A stretch of DNA of 64,000 nucleotides from an uncultured Candidatus Saccharibacteria bacterium. GTDB taxonomy: Bacteria; Patescibacteriota; Doudnabacteria; UBA920. A model generated the notes under the pieces. That model saw nothing but the letters and a program-made list of their open reading frames with translations. It ran no database searches and was not told where the DNA came from. This document shows positions 28,133-36,320 of the stretch, in pieces; the stretch's first letter is position 1; each line of letters starts with the position of its first letter. The stretch spans positions 40,174 through 104,173 of the forward strand of contig CAZDIP010000001.1 in assembly GCA_964505635.1 (NCBI GenBank). Direction: 5' to 3'. Made by a program: the position numbers and the translations under genes.

Positions 28133-28771
28133 TTGCATTATTATATGGAGCAAATACCAATGATTACCTCACTTTGTAAAAAAAGTGTTCAGGCAATAAA
28201 CTATTTTGCCCGTAAAAAAGACGGCCCAATAAATAAAATGAAGGCAATTAAGCTCATTTATTTTGCCGATAGATATCATCTTAGGAAATATGGCAGACCT
28301 GTTGTTGGGGATGATTATTGGGCGATGAAATTGGGGCCGGTTGCTTCAAACACTCTAGATACAGCTAATTTAGCTAGTAATAGTCTTGAAAAAGACTGTT
28401 TTCAATATGCCAAAACATTTATTTCACATCCAAAGGGCGATATAAAAATGGAGAATATTATCTCTAAAGAAAATGTTGACTTAAGCATTTTTTCTCAAAC
28501 AGATATAGACGCATTAGAAATAGCATTTAAAGAATTTGGGGACAAAGACCAATTTGAGCTTGCAGACACTTCACATATTTATCCCGAATGGTTAAAGCAT
28601 AAACACGATATTTTGGTTGAGGGTAAAAAAAGGGTTAAAATGGACTACTTAGACTTTTTCTTAAACCCAAGAAGTGGCGGCTCTCATATTTTTGATTTAC
28701 CTGAAGAACATCTTGATTTAGCAAAAAATTCTTACTTAGAAAGCCAAGATGCCGATTTAATTTTGGGATAG
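28133..28771 (+). CDS. Panacea-domain (DUF4065, SocA-like) putative antitoxin
   Basis: KAIKLIYFADRYHLRKYGRPVVGDDYWAMKLGPVASNTLD matches the Panacea/DUF4065 core. Confidence 0.65.
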   Translation: MHYYMEQIPMITSLCKKSVQAINYFARKKDGPINKMKAIKLIYFADRYHLRKYGRPVVGDDYWAMKLGPVASNTLDTANLASNSLEKDCFQYAKTFISHPKGDIKMENIISKENVDLSIFSQTDIDALEIAFKEFGDKDQFELADTSHIYPEWLKHKHDILVEGKKRVKMDYLDFFLNPRSGGSHIFDLPEEHLDLAKNSYLESQDADLILG

Positions 28772-28782
28772 AAATACCGCCT

Positions 28783-29235
28783 ATGCAGATTAACCCTGAA
28801 ATTTCTATCCCTATTTGTATTGAACAAGGCTCAATATATCTTTACCAATTAGATACTGTGAATAAGGACGGGACGCCATATAGCGGAAACCGTTTTTTTA
28901 TAGTTCTTAACCTAAACCCTCAAACCGATGAGATTTTGATACTTTCCACAATCACAACGAAAATTGATAAACAAAAAGAATTTATTAAAAAAATCGGCGA
29001 AGACCCAAGCACATTAGTTTCTATTACTGTATCCGATTTCCCTAACCTATCTCAAGACAGTGCCGTAAATTGCAACCGTATTTACGAAACAACGCTTAAA
29101 GAGTTAGTAGAAAAGGTTAAGAATGGTGGCAAAATTTTTAATCACAATTTACCTAAAACCGTTATGAGCGCCTTGATTAGCGGAGTGTTAAAAAGTAAAC
29201 AGGTATCTCCTGAAGTCAAACAGAGATTAATTTAA
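28783..29235 (+). CDS. Hypothetical protein, a candidate cognate toxin (PanT) of the upstream Panacea antitoxin
   Basis: 150 aa. It begins 12 nt after the antitoxin stop on the same strand. No known domain recognised. Confidence 0.4.
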   Translation: MQINPEISIPICIEQGSIYLYQLDTVNKDGTPYSGNRFFIVLNLNPQTDEILILSTITTKIDKQKEFIKKIGEDPSTLVSITVSDFPNLSQDSAVNCNRIYETTLKELVEKVKNGGKIFNHNLPKTVMSALISGVLKSKQVSPEVKQRLI

Positions 29236-29312
29236 TAAGCTGGCTGCAAGTTTAACAAGCTTAAATCCTGCTCCAGTTCTGCCCAGTTCAAAGTTCTAAA
29301 CATATTCAATAA

Positions 29313-29373
29313 GGGCAGCCACGTCGCTCGCGAGCGACGTGGCCAGCCTGCCCTGTCGTTCGAGAACGACAGG
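29313..29373. repeat. Nested perfect palindromes. The first is GCCACGTCGCTCGCGAGCGACGTGGC (26 bp) enclosed by GGGCAG/CTGCCC, and the second is CCTGTCGTTCGAGAACGACAGG (22 bp).
   Basis: Read directly from the sequence. GC-rich in an AT-rich intergenic region upstream of a GIY-YIG gene. Confidence 0.8.
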
Positions 29374-29415
29374 ACCACAGAATAAGGTTGGCCATGTTTC
29401 TATCGTTCTTGTACG

Positions 29416-29676
29416 ATGTGGTATTTTTACGTTTTGCAAAGTAAAAACAAACCTGACTACTTTTATAAAGGATCAACAAACGACTTAAAGCGTCGTTTAG
29501 AGCAGCATAATAAAGGTGATGTAGATTCTACCCGCCCATACAAGCCTTTTAAGCTGGTATATTATGAGGCTTATGTTTCCGAGCATGCTGTGCGCTTTAG
29601 AGAATCATCCGTAAAAACCAGCGGGTCTGTTTCAACGCCTTTGATGAAACGAATAAAAGAAAGTTTAAAAGATTGA
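29416..29676 (+). CDS. GIY-YIG nuclease family protein (YhbQ/UPF0213-like)
   Basis: WYFYVLQSKNKPDYFYKGSTNDLKRRLEQHNKG...YKPFKLVYYEAY. Confidence 0.75.
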   Translation: MWYFYVLQSKNKPDYFYKGSTNDLKRRLEQHNKGDVDSTRPYKPFKLVYYEAYVSEHAVRFRESSVKTSGSVSTPLMKRIKESLKD

Positions 29677-29724
29677 GCAGCCATCAAGGCTTAGTATCGT
29701 AGAGGCCGAGGAGAGTTTATTGAG

Positions 29725-30240
29725 ATGAATATTCCAAAGTTTACAAAAAATCAGTGGATTGCAATTGCAGCAATAGTCGTGCCGGCTATTTTAGGATTTA
29801 TTTACTTTATTTTCCAAAAATCTAGCCTTATCCAATCAGGTAAAATTAATACAATTGGGCAATCTGGCGGTACTAATTTAGTCATAAATGATGAAGCAAC
29901 ATATACTTGGGTGAATGAAACAAATTGGAAACCAGATGGAAAACAGGTCAACTTGTTATTTATTGCAAATGGACCTGTTATACCAGTAAGTCCCTGTTTA
30001 TATATTGATTCTGATGCAGAAGTCAAAAATGCTGGTCCAATTGGCTATTCTGTGCGTTGGCAAAAAATCGATCCCCCAAAGAACTATGTTGGATGTTTTA
30101 GCGGTCTTAACAATACAACTACATTCCAAGTATTTTTTGACAAGACACCAACTAAAATTAAGGCAAGCTTGATACAGGAAGATACAGGAATTAACAATAA
30201 TAAAACAGAAACACATTTTACAGCTCCTGTATTTCAATGA
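29725..30240 (+). CDS. Hypothetical membrane-anchored protein
   Basis: 171 aa with an N-terminal TM helix. Confidence 0.45.
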   Translation: MNIPKFTKNQWIAIAAIVVPAILGFIYFIFQKSSLIQSGKINTIGQSGGTNLVINDEATYTWVNETNWKPDGKQVNLLFIANGPVIPVSPCLYIDSDAEVKNAGPIGYSVRWQKIDPPKNYVGCFSGLNNTTTFQVFFDKTPTKIKASLIQEDTGINNNKTETHFTAPVFQ

Positions 30241-30474
30241 AAACGACCCTAACCGGGGCGCATCAAAGAAAAACCTCAAAAAACCCTTACAATATCCCTA
30301 AAGGCTTGGTTCTAAACCGAGTCACACAGCTACGAAAAATCACTAATAAACATCGGTGGTTTTTTGTTGAATAGTCAGTAGCTTACTAACTTTTTTGGAT
30401 GATATATAATTTATTTATAAAGATTAACGTTCGCTAAAAAGAATTATAAAAATAATAATTCTATTAACTGAATT

Positions 30475-30903
30475 ATGTTACCTGACGAAAAATCTCAACG
30501 TTTTGTAGCTATTTTGAATAAAAAAATTGAAACAGGCAAACTTATGAATGCCTTAGGTCATATGACAGCTGGCTTGGCCGGTGGTTTTGGCAAAGGTCAG
30601 GAAATGCACTTTTTGGAGTACAAAGATAAAGATGGCGGTGTTCACCCGTATATATCGCACTTTCCTTTTATAGTTCTCAAAGCGGAAAATTCTAATCAAA
30701 TTCGAAAGATCAGGAATGAAGCCTTATCGCGTAATGTAATGTTTACAGACTTCACTAGCACAATGACTGTTGGAACTTCGGCAGAGCAGCGGGAACGAAC
30801 AAAAAATACGCCGGAATTAGAATTGGAGTATTATGGCATTTGTTTGTTTGGCCAGACCGATACTTTAAAAGAGTTTACAGGGAAATTTTCCTTATTTAAT
30901 TAA
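30475..30903 (+). CDS. Hypothetical protein (DUF2000-like)
   Basis: 142 aa. The MLPDEKSQRFVAILNKK...NALGHMTAGLAGG pattern is reminiscent of DUF2000. Confidence 0.4.
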   Translation: MLPDEKSQRFVAILNKKIETGKLMNALGHMTAGLAGGFGKGQEMHFLEYKDKDGGVHPYISHFPFIVLKAENSNQIRKIRNEALSRNVMFTDFTSTMTVGTSAEQRERTKNTPELELEYYGICLFGQTDTLKEFTGKFSLFN

Positions 30904-30963
30904 GTATTTAAATAATTTTTTATTAAAAACGCCACCCTTCAAGTTTATAATTTATATTAAAAC

Positions 30964-30990
30964 AAACCGCCAAAAAGGCGGTTTTGTGTT
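30964..30990 (+). terminator. Intrinsic terminator (AAACCGCC-AAAAA-GGCGGTTT followed by TG)
   Basis: Seen directly in the sequence. Confidence 0.55.
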
Positions 30991-31003
30991 AAAATTAACT
31001 CAT

Positions 31004-31867
31004 ATGGAATATGAGCAGAATATAAGAGTAAATAGCCGGAATTTTTCATTGTTAGAGGCGCAAAGGGGTGGCTGCGCTATTTATGCTGGCGATGACTGTT
31101 TTTTAAGAATGGGCCTGCCGCAAAAGCTTTTAAAAGATTTAAAATTGCATAAGCAAATGGAGGGATTGGGTTTTCCGGTCGCCAGGCTGTTAGAAGAGGG
31201 GAAGTTTAAAGATTTTTCGTATTTTATAGAAGAATCTTTGGGACAAGAACATTTTGGGCGAATATTTAAAAATGACACCCAAAAGTTAGGTCATGTTTCA
31301 GACGAATTTTTTGCTAAATTTCTGGATGTTTGTTTAAAATTTGCCAAGGCTCAGCTTAAAAGTGTTGTTACCGGCAAAGACTGGCCTGGGTTTGAATATG
31401 GTATTCATTTGGACATTTTAGTTCAGGAATTGCCAAAAGAAAAAAAAGCTATTTTGATTAAATACGAAGCTTGCAGGGAGAAATTAAAAGTGTTTCCTTT
31501 TGGTATTTTGCACGGCGATTTCACCCCGTTTAATATTTGTCCAAAAGGCGTAATGGATTTGGAGGATTCTTTTTTAGGTCCCGTCGCTTTTGACATAAGC
31601 TCTCTTATGAGACTTCAGGATTGGTTTCCAGACACCTCAAACGACGAGTATCATAAAGTTTATAGGTTAACGCTTGAACAAAAAAATAATTTTATTTCAG
31701 CAGTGGATGATTTGTATGCAATAAATAATTTACCCAAACCTTCTTTGTTTGAAGAAGAATTCAATTTTTTAAAGGGAGTTTGGTTTTGTGTGCGCATGCA
31801 ACATATGCCGGAATTGCAAAGTTTTAGGTATAAAAAATTGTTAAGCTTGCTTTATGCCCAAAGTTAG
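31004..31867 (+). CDS. Phosphotransferase enzyme family (APH / choline-kinase-like) protein
   Basis: Brenner motif ILHGDFTPFNI and DLEDSFLGP. The ATG at 31004 is preferred over the GTG at 30986. Confidence 0.6.
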   Translation: MEYEQNIRVNSRNFSLLEAQRGGCAIYAGDDCFLRMGLPQKLLKDLKLHKQMEGLGFPVARLLEEGKFKDFSYFIEESLGQEHFGRIFKNDTQKLGHVSDEFFAKFLDVCLKFAKAQLKSVVTGKDWPGFEYGIHLDILVQELPKEKKAILIKYEACREKLKVFPFGILHGDFTPFNICPKGVMDLEDSFLGPVAFDISSLMRLQDWFPDTSNDEYHKVYRLTLEQKNNFISAVDDLYAINNLPKPSLFEEEFNFLKGVWFCVRMQHMPELQSFRYKKLLSLLYAQS

Positions 31868-32435
31868 GCTGAAAAAAATATTCAAATGGTTTTTTATATG
31901 TTTAGCCTCGCTGTTTTTGCTAAACGCGCTTACCATCGCGTTTTTTGCCAACTTCAGGCCGCAAATTAAGCAGGCCGACGCCATAATAGTTTTGGGCGCG
32001 GCCATAAACACGCCCGCGCTTTACAACCGCAGTCTTAAGGCTTTGGAGCTTTATGAGCAAAAAAAAGCGCCTTTACTGCTTTTGTCCGGAGGAAGAATAT
32101 CGCCCAAATTTATTTCCGAGGCTACCTACATGCAAAGAACCATGCAGTCCAAAGCCACCGCCCCTTTGAATTTGGTTTTAGAGGAAGAATCTTCCAATAC
32201 CTTTGAAAATTTTAAATTTACCAAGGAAAAGTCCGGAGAGGTAAAAAGCCTAATTGTGGTAAGCGATGAGTTCCATTTGGCCAGGGCGGTTTTGGTTGCT
32301 TTAAAAAGCGGTTTTTATCCGGTTTACTGGGACGCGCCAGAGCCTAATTACTACAAGAACAAAGAGTTAACGTTTTATTATATTCGTGAATTTTTTGCCA
32401 TGTTTTCCTATTTGCCGAAATTTGTTTGGAAATAG
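31854..32435 (+). CDS. YdcF/SanA/ElyC (DUF218) family protein
   Basis: N-terminal TM, then DAIIVLGAAIN...LLLLSGG and VVSDEFHLARA. Confidence 0.65.
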   Translation: MPKVRLKKIFKWFFICLASLFLLNALTIAFFANFRPQIKQADAIIVLGAAINTPALYNRSLKALELYEQKKAPLLLLSGGRISPKFISEATYMQRTMQSKATAPLNLVLEEESSNTFENFKFTKEKSGEVKSLIVVSDEFHLARAVLVALKSGFYPVYWDAPEPNYYKNKELTFYYIREFFAMFSYLPKFVWK

Positions 32436-32440
32436 GAAAA

Positions 32441-32482
32441 GCCGGCGGTTCGCTTACGTGATGCGTGCCGCCGGCTCTTAGT
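32441..32482. terminator. Bidirectional terminator hairpin (GCCGGCGG...CCGCCGGC) between convergent ydcF-like and xylA genes
   Basis: 8 bp GC stem flanked by A/T runs on both sides. Confidence 0.5.
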
Positions 32483-32520
32483 TAGTTTGCCTATTGTTTT
32501 GCCGCTATTCGGCGGCAGAA

Positions 32521-33756
32521 CTAAATCGAGTAGGTGCGACCTTTGTGTTGGTCGATCAGGATCTGGAAGAGTCGGTGGCCGATCAATTCATGCAGCGTCA
32601 GTAGTTCCTTGTGCGCTTCCGTGATGGCCGCAACATCGCGCGGGTCAGAAACTTCGCCGCCTGCTTTCAATGCATCGGTGGCTTCGCGGATGACGGGATC
32701 TTCCAGGACTTCTCCCGCCATCTCCCAAAGAGTAATGAAGCGATCGACGGCGGTGGGGAAGCTGACAGCAAATACTCCCCAGTTGCTGGTGGTGCGCGGC
32801 GGCTTGTAGTCAAGGTTGAACGGTCCGTTGTAGCCGTGGCTGCGAAGCAGGATAAGCACATTTAGCCAATCGAGAGGATTCACCAACCCGACGGCGATGT
32901 CGACGTCGTGTTTGAGGCGATAGCCGTCATTGATGTCGAAGTGCCACAGCTTACCTGCGCTGATAGCGCGGGCAAGGGCTGCGCGCGGGGCGCCGCCCCA
33001 CATCAGTTCGTGCAAATATTCCGGGTTGAGCCCCACCATTTCGGGATGCTTCAGCAGGCCACTGCCGATGAAAGCGAGCATGGAGTCGGAAGTGGGCAGC
33101 AGAATTTCGGCCTGGGGTTCAAACGGCTTGGCCTCCATGCAGTGCTTCAGTGTGGGTTGCCCCAATTTGCCGGCGAGTTCAATATCGGCTTCGCAGGCGG
33201 CATTGAGACCCTCGGCGTACCACTGCAATGCTTGGGTCTCTTCCACGGCTCCCTGGATCTGGTAGCCGAAGGAGCCGGGCCAGTAAACAGCGAATCGCGC
33301 GCCCAACTCGTGGCCGATTTTGACAGTATTCTTGAGGCGCTCGGCGGCGTATTGGCGAACGTAGGGGGATTCCGCGGCGGGTCCGGCGGAAAACACGGCG
33401 TGGTAGAAAGTTTCGGTGGTGACCATGGAGCAGGCGAGTCCGTTGGCCTTAAGTGTGTCGCCGATGCGTCCGACGATTTCATCCTGCTTGCTGGTGAAGA
33501 GATTGCCCGCTGGGATGACGTCCGTGTCATGGGTGGCCCAGTAGCCAATGCCGATTTCGGCATAGTGGCGGATGACTTCTTCGAAGGTGACGGGCTTGCG
33601 GGTGGGGGCGTGAAAGAGAGCTTGGCCTTCATAGGCGCCGGCCCATTGGGGCCCCGTGATGAAGTACTTGCGGCGCTGGTCCGGAGAGTAAGAACCGCCG
33701 CACGAACGCACTAGGCGTTCGACCAGCGGAAGCTGGTACTCTAATTTAATAGGCAT
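32521..33756 (-). CDS. xylA: Xylose isomerase. The gene is GC-rich and its composition is foreign to this genome.
   Basis: MPIKLEYQLP...FITGPQWAGAY...WATHDTDVIP...AVYWPGSFG...MEAKPFEPQAEILLPT...LNPEYLHELMWGG...WHFDINDG...LDYKPPRT aligns motif-for-motif with class I xylose isomerases. A perfect SD AGGAGGA precedes the ATG at 33756. The ORF track extends to 33852. Confidence 0.85.
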   Translation of the reverse strand: MPIKLEYQLPLVERLVRSCGGSYSPDQRRKYFITGPQWAGAYEGQALFHAPTRKPVTFEEVIRHYAEIGIGYWATHDTDVIPAGNLFTSKQDEIVGRIGDTLKANGLACSMVTTETFYHAVFSAGPAAESPYVRQYAAERLKNTVKIGHELGARFAVYWPGSFGYQIQGAVEETQALQWYAEGLNAACEADIELAGKLGQPTLKHCMEAKPFEPQAEILLPTSDSMLAFIGSGLLKHPEMVGLNPEYLHELMWGGAPRAALARAISAGKLWHFDINDGYRLKHDVDIAVGLVNPLDWLNVLILLRSHGYNGPFNLDYKPPRTTSNWGVFAVSFPTAVDRFITLWEMAGEVLEDPVIREATDALKAGGEVSDPRDVAAITEAHKELLTLHELIGHRLFQILIDQHKGRTYSI

Positions 33757-33959
33757 AGTTTTCCTCCTATGCTTTTTGTTTTCCGTCTGTCTTCGGAAAG
33801 TAAATAAATTGCCTGAAAATAGGGAGACAGACCCCTTTAAGCAAAAAATCAAGCCAATGCTTGACCTTTTATCTTAATGGTTTTTTCGTGCCTTTGTCAA
33901 TTATGGTTTTTAATTGTGAGTAAAAATGTAGTTGACGATTTTGTATTAAAGTGTTAAAC

Positions 33960-34268
33960 TATATTTAGTTTCTCACAGAAGCGGTTTCCGCCTCTGGAGG
34001 ATAATAAATATCCAATGACAGTTGGTCCCCGCCCCTCGTTGAGAGGCGGAGTTAATTCCCATTAAGGGAGCCCACCGAGGAATCTAATTAGCGTTTAGCG
34101 CAAAAGCGCCTAGCGTTTAGAATTTCACTCGGCTTGCCCGAGTTTTTTATTAGGATATTTAACTCAAAGGTCGATTTATAGAAACTTGTAACAAGTAATT
34201 AATAACTTATAACAGATTTCGGAGCAGGTTACTTGTTATAAATTATTAGTTACAAGTTAATTCAAATT
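33960..34268 (+). promoter_or_regulatory. Candidate rplJ (L10) leader: structured 5' UTR with a terminator/attenuator hairpin at 34128-34150 and AT-rich inverted repeats before the start codon
   Basis: GCGGTTTCCGCCTC...GAGAGGCGGAG helices, the repeat TTAGCGTTTAG twice, and CTCGG-CTTGC-CCGAG followed by TTTTTTATT. Confidence 0.4.
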
Positions 34269-34784
34269 ATGTCAAAATCTAAATCTCAAAAACAGACCGA
34301 TTTGCAGGAACTGACCGACAAGGTCAAGGCTGCCAAGTCAATAGTGTTTACCGACTATCGCGGTACCACGGTTAAAGACATGGACAAATTGCGCAAAGCT
34401 TTGCGCAAAGAAAATGTTTTTTCCAAAGTCTATAAAATTACCTTGGTAAAAAAAGCTTTGGAAGCCAACCAAATTGACGCAAAAAGCATAGACTACAAAA
34501 CCCCGGTCATTTTGTCAGTTTCCCAAGACGACGAAACCACGCCGGCCCGGGTTATTAAAAATCTTTTAAAGGATTTAAAAACCGTCTCTATTATAGAGGG
34601 TGTGGTGGACGGAAAAATAATTTCCAAAAGCCAGGTTACGGCTTTGGCCGACTTGCCTTCCAAGGACCAGTTAAGGGCTCAGGTAGTAGGAACAATTAAC
34701 GCTCCTATTAGCGGCTTTGTTAACGTTTTGGCCGGCAACATTAGAGGCTTGGTAAATGTGCTTAATGCAATAGCAACCAAATAG
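34269..34784 (+). CDS. rplJ: 50S ribosomal protein L10
   Basis: MSKSKSQKQTDLQELTDKVKAAKSIVFTDYRGTTVKDMDKLRKALR... Confidence 0.9.
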   Translation: MSKSKSQKQTDLQELTDKVKAAKSIVFTDYRGTTVKDMDKLRKALRKENVFSKVYKITLVKKALEANQIDAKSIDYKTPVILSVSQDDETTPARVIKNLLKDLKTVSIIEGVVDGKIISKSQVTALADLPSKDQLRAQVVGTINAPISGFVNVLAGNIRGLVNVLNAIATK

Positions 34785-34866
34785 CAGCAAGGGTTTAGTA
34801 GCTAGTATAAAGCTTAATACTTACTTCTTGCTACTTAATACTAATTAATATTTTGAAAGGAAATTT

Positions 34867-35274
34867 ATGTCAGAAGAAAATAAAGTAGAAGTTCCGGAAA
34901 AGTTCAAAGCTTTGGTGGAACAAATTGAAAAATTATCGGTTTTGGAACTCTCCGAACTGGTAAAAGTTTTGGAAGGTAAGTTTGGCGTTTCAGCCGCTGC
35001 TCCTATGATGATGGGCGCCATGCCTGCCGGAGCTGGCGCAGCTGCCCCGGCTGCCGAAGAAAAGACCGAATTCACAGTTGAATTGGCCGATGCCGGCGCA
35101 AACAAAATAAACGTGATTAAAGTTGTTCGCGAAGTAACCGGTCTTGGACTTAAAGAAGCCAAAGATATTGTGGACGCCGCTCCAAAAGTAGTTAAAGAAA
35201 ATATGCCGAAAGCCGACGCTGAAGGCTTAAAAAAGAAATTGGAAGAAGCCGGCGCAAAAGTGAATTTAAAATAA
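34867..35274 (+). CDS. rplL: 50S ribosomal protein L7/L12
   Basis: Ala-rich hinge [24 protein letters not shown] and [24 protein letters not shown]. Confidence 0.9.
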   Translation: MSEENKVEVPEKFKALVEQIEKLSVLELSELVKVLEGKFGVSAAAPMMMGAMPAGAGAAAPAAEEKTEFTVELADAGANKINVIKVVREVTGLGLKEAKDIVDAAPKVVKENMPKADAEGLKKKLEEAGAKVNLK

Positions 35275-35338
35275 TTTTTAGAATAAAATTATTTTAAATT
35301 CATCCTGAGCGAGCGCTAGCGAGCGAAGGATCTTTATA

Positions 35339-35370
35339 AAACCACCCGTCAAAACGGGTGGTTTTATGTT
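35339..35370. terminator. Terminator hairpin (AACCACCCG-TCAAAA-CGGGTGGTT followed by TTATGTT) between rplL and a convergent gene
   Basis: Seen directly in the sequence. Confidence 0.55.
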
Positions 35371-36251
35371 GTCTGCTTGTCAGGTCTTGTCAAAAAATAA
35401 ACCCCGCACAGCATGGGCGCGATTGCGGCTAGCTGCCAAAATTGAGGAAGCTCTTTTATTATTAAATAGGAAAAAAGCATGGTTAAAAAAGGGCGAATGC
35501 TTGCCAGGGCATTGGCTTTGGTCACTGAAATCCGTAAAATTGATTCCAGCCAGAAAATTTTGGAAACGCCCAAAATCACCACCCCGTTAAAAATTAAAAA
35601 TAAAAGCAGGCTTAAATTTACGGCAGGCAAATTAAAACCGTGAAAAATAAAAGCCAGCAAGAAAATAAACGGCAGGGACATGGCTGTTCGCATCAGCATA
35701 AGGCTTTCACCGCTGATTTGCCGGCGGATTTTGCGCTGTAAAAAATTGCCCATGGGCGGGAGCGCGGTACAGAGCAAGATGAGCAAGTCGCCTTTATTAA
35801 AATCCAATTTTTGCATCTGCGGGTAAAAAATTAACAAAGTGCTCAGCAGCATCAATCCGGCTCCAAACAGATGCGCTTTAGTCAGGGACTCTTTTTTCCA
35901 GACATTGAAAAATAGGAAACTGAAAAAAAGTTCCATTTGCAGAATAATACCCGAGTTGTTGGCCGAAGTATAATTAAGCCCCCAAAAGTAAAGCCCATAG
36001 TAACCAACGCCAATTAATAACGCAACACCCAGCGCGTCTTTTATGATTTGGCGATTTTTCAGCTCGCCGAATTTATTTTTTAAAAATACCCAGAAAGCGA
36101 AAAATAGGGCGCTAAGCGCCAGGCTGTAAGCGAGGGAAAACAGGGGTTTTAAAATGGAAAATGAAAGCAGGGTTACAATGGGTAAAAGGCTGTTTATAAG
36201 AGATTCTGCCAAAATGGCCAGTTCGCCTTTGCGGGTTTCGGTTAAGTTCAT
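35364..36251 (-). CDS. DMT-superfamily (EamA-like) membrane transporter
   Basis: 295 aa with about 10 TM helices in two halves. Confidence 0.45.
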   Translation of the reverse strand: MNLTETRKGELAILAESLINSLLPIVTLLSFSILKPLFSLAYSLALSALFFAFWVFLKNKFGELKNRQIIKDALGVALLIGVGYYGLYFWGLNYTSANNSGIILQMELFFSFLFFNVWKKESLTKAHLFGAGLMLLSTLLIFYPQMQKLDFNKGDLLILLCTALPPMGNFLQRKIRRQISGESLMLMRTAMSLPFIFLLAFIFHGFNLPAVNLSLLLFLIFNGVVILGVSKIFWLESILRISVTKANALASIRPFLTMLFSYLIIKELPQFWQLAAIAPMLCGVYFLTRPDKQTT

Positions 36252-36320
36252 ATTTTAAAATTATAACACAAGCCTTGAAAAAATAAGTGAAAAATGGGAA
36301 AATACATAGGCTAAAAAATT

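Larger units (their letters stand above)
20811..30332. mobile_element. Integrated element (~9.5 kb) inserted at the 3' end of tRNA-Gln. The right boundary is tentative and is set by a degenerate copy of the tRNA 3' end.
   Basis: The serine recombinase gene's last codons are encoded by the tRNA-Gln 3' end. The cargo is an RM enzyme, excisionase, Rep-like protein, TA pair and a GIY-YIG. The candidate attR-like sequence GGTTCTAAACCGAGTCACACAGCTA at 30308-30332 matches the tRNA 3' end GGTTCGAATCCTAGCACCCCAGCCA at about 70 percent. Confidence 0.5.

Noticed and set aside
20811-30332. CRISPR-Cas or other multi-gene defence operons in the element
   Set aside because: I scanned for repeat-spacer periodicity and cas-like genes. 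Only the RM, TA and RT systems described above are present.
32534-33714. Plus-strand ORFs (32908..33714 and others) and ORF 33147..33632(-) inside xylA
   Set aside because: These are antisense or off-frame ORFs of a GC-rich gene. The minus-strand xylose isomerase frame is unambiguous.
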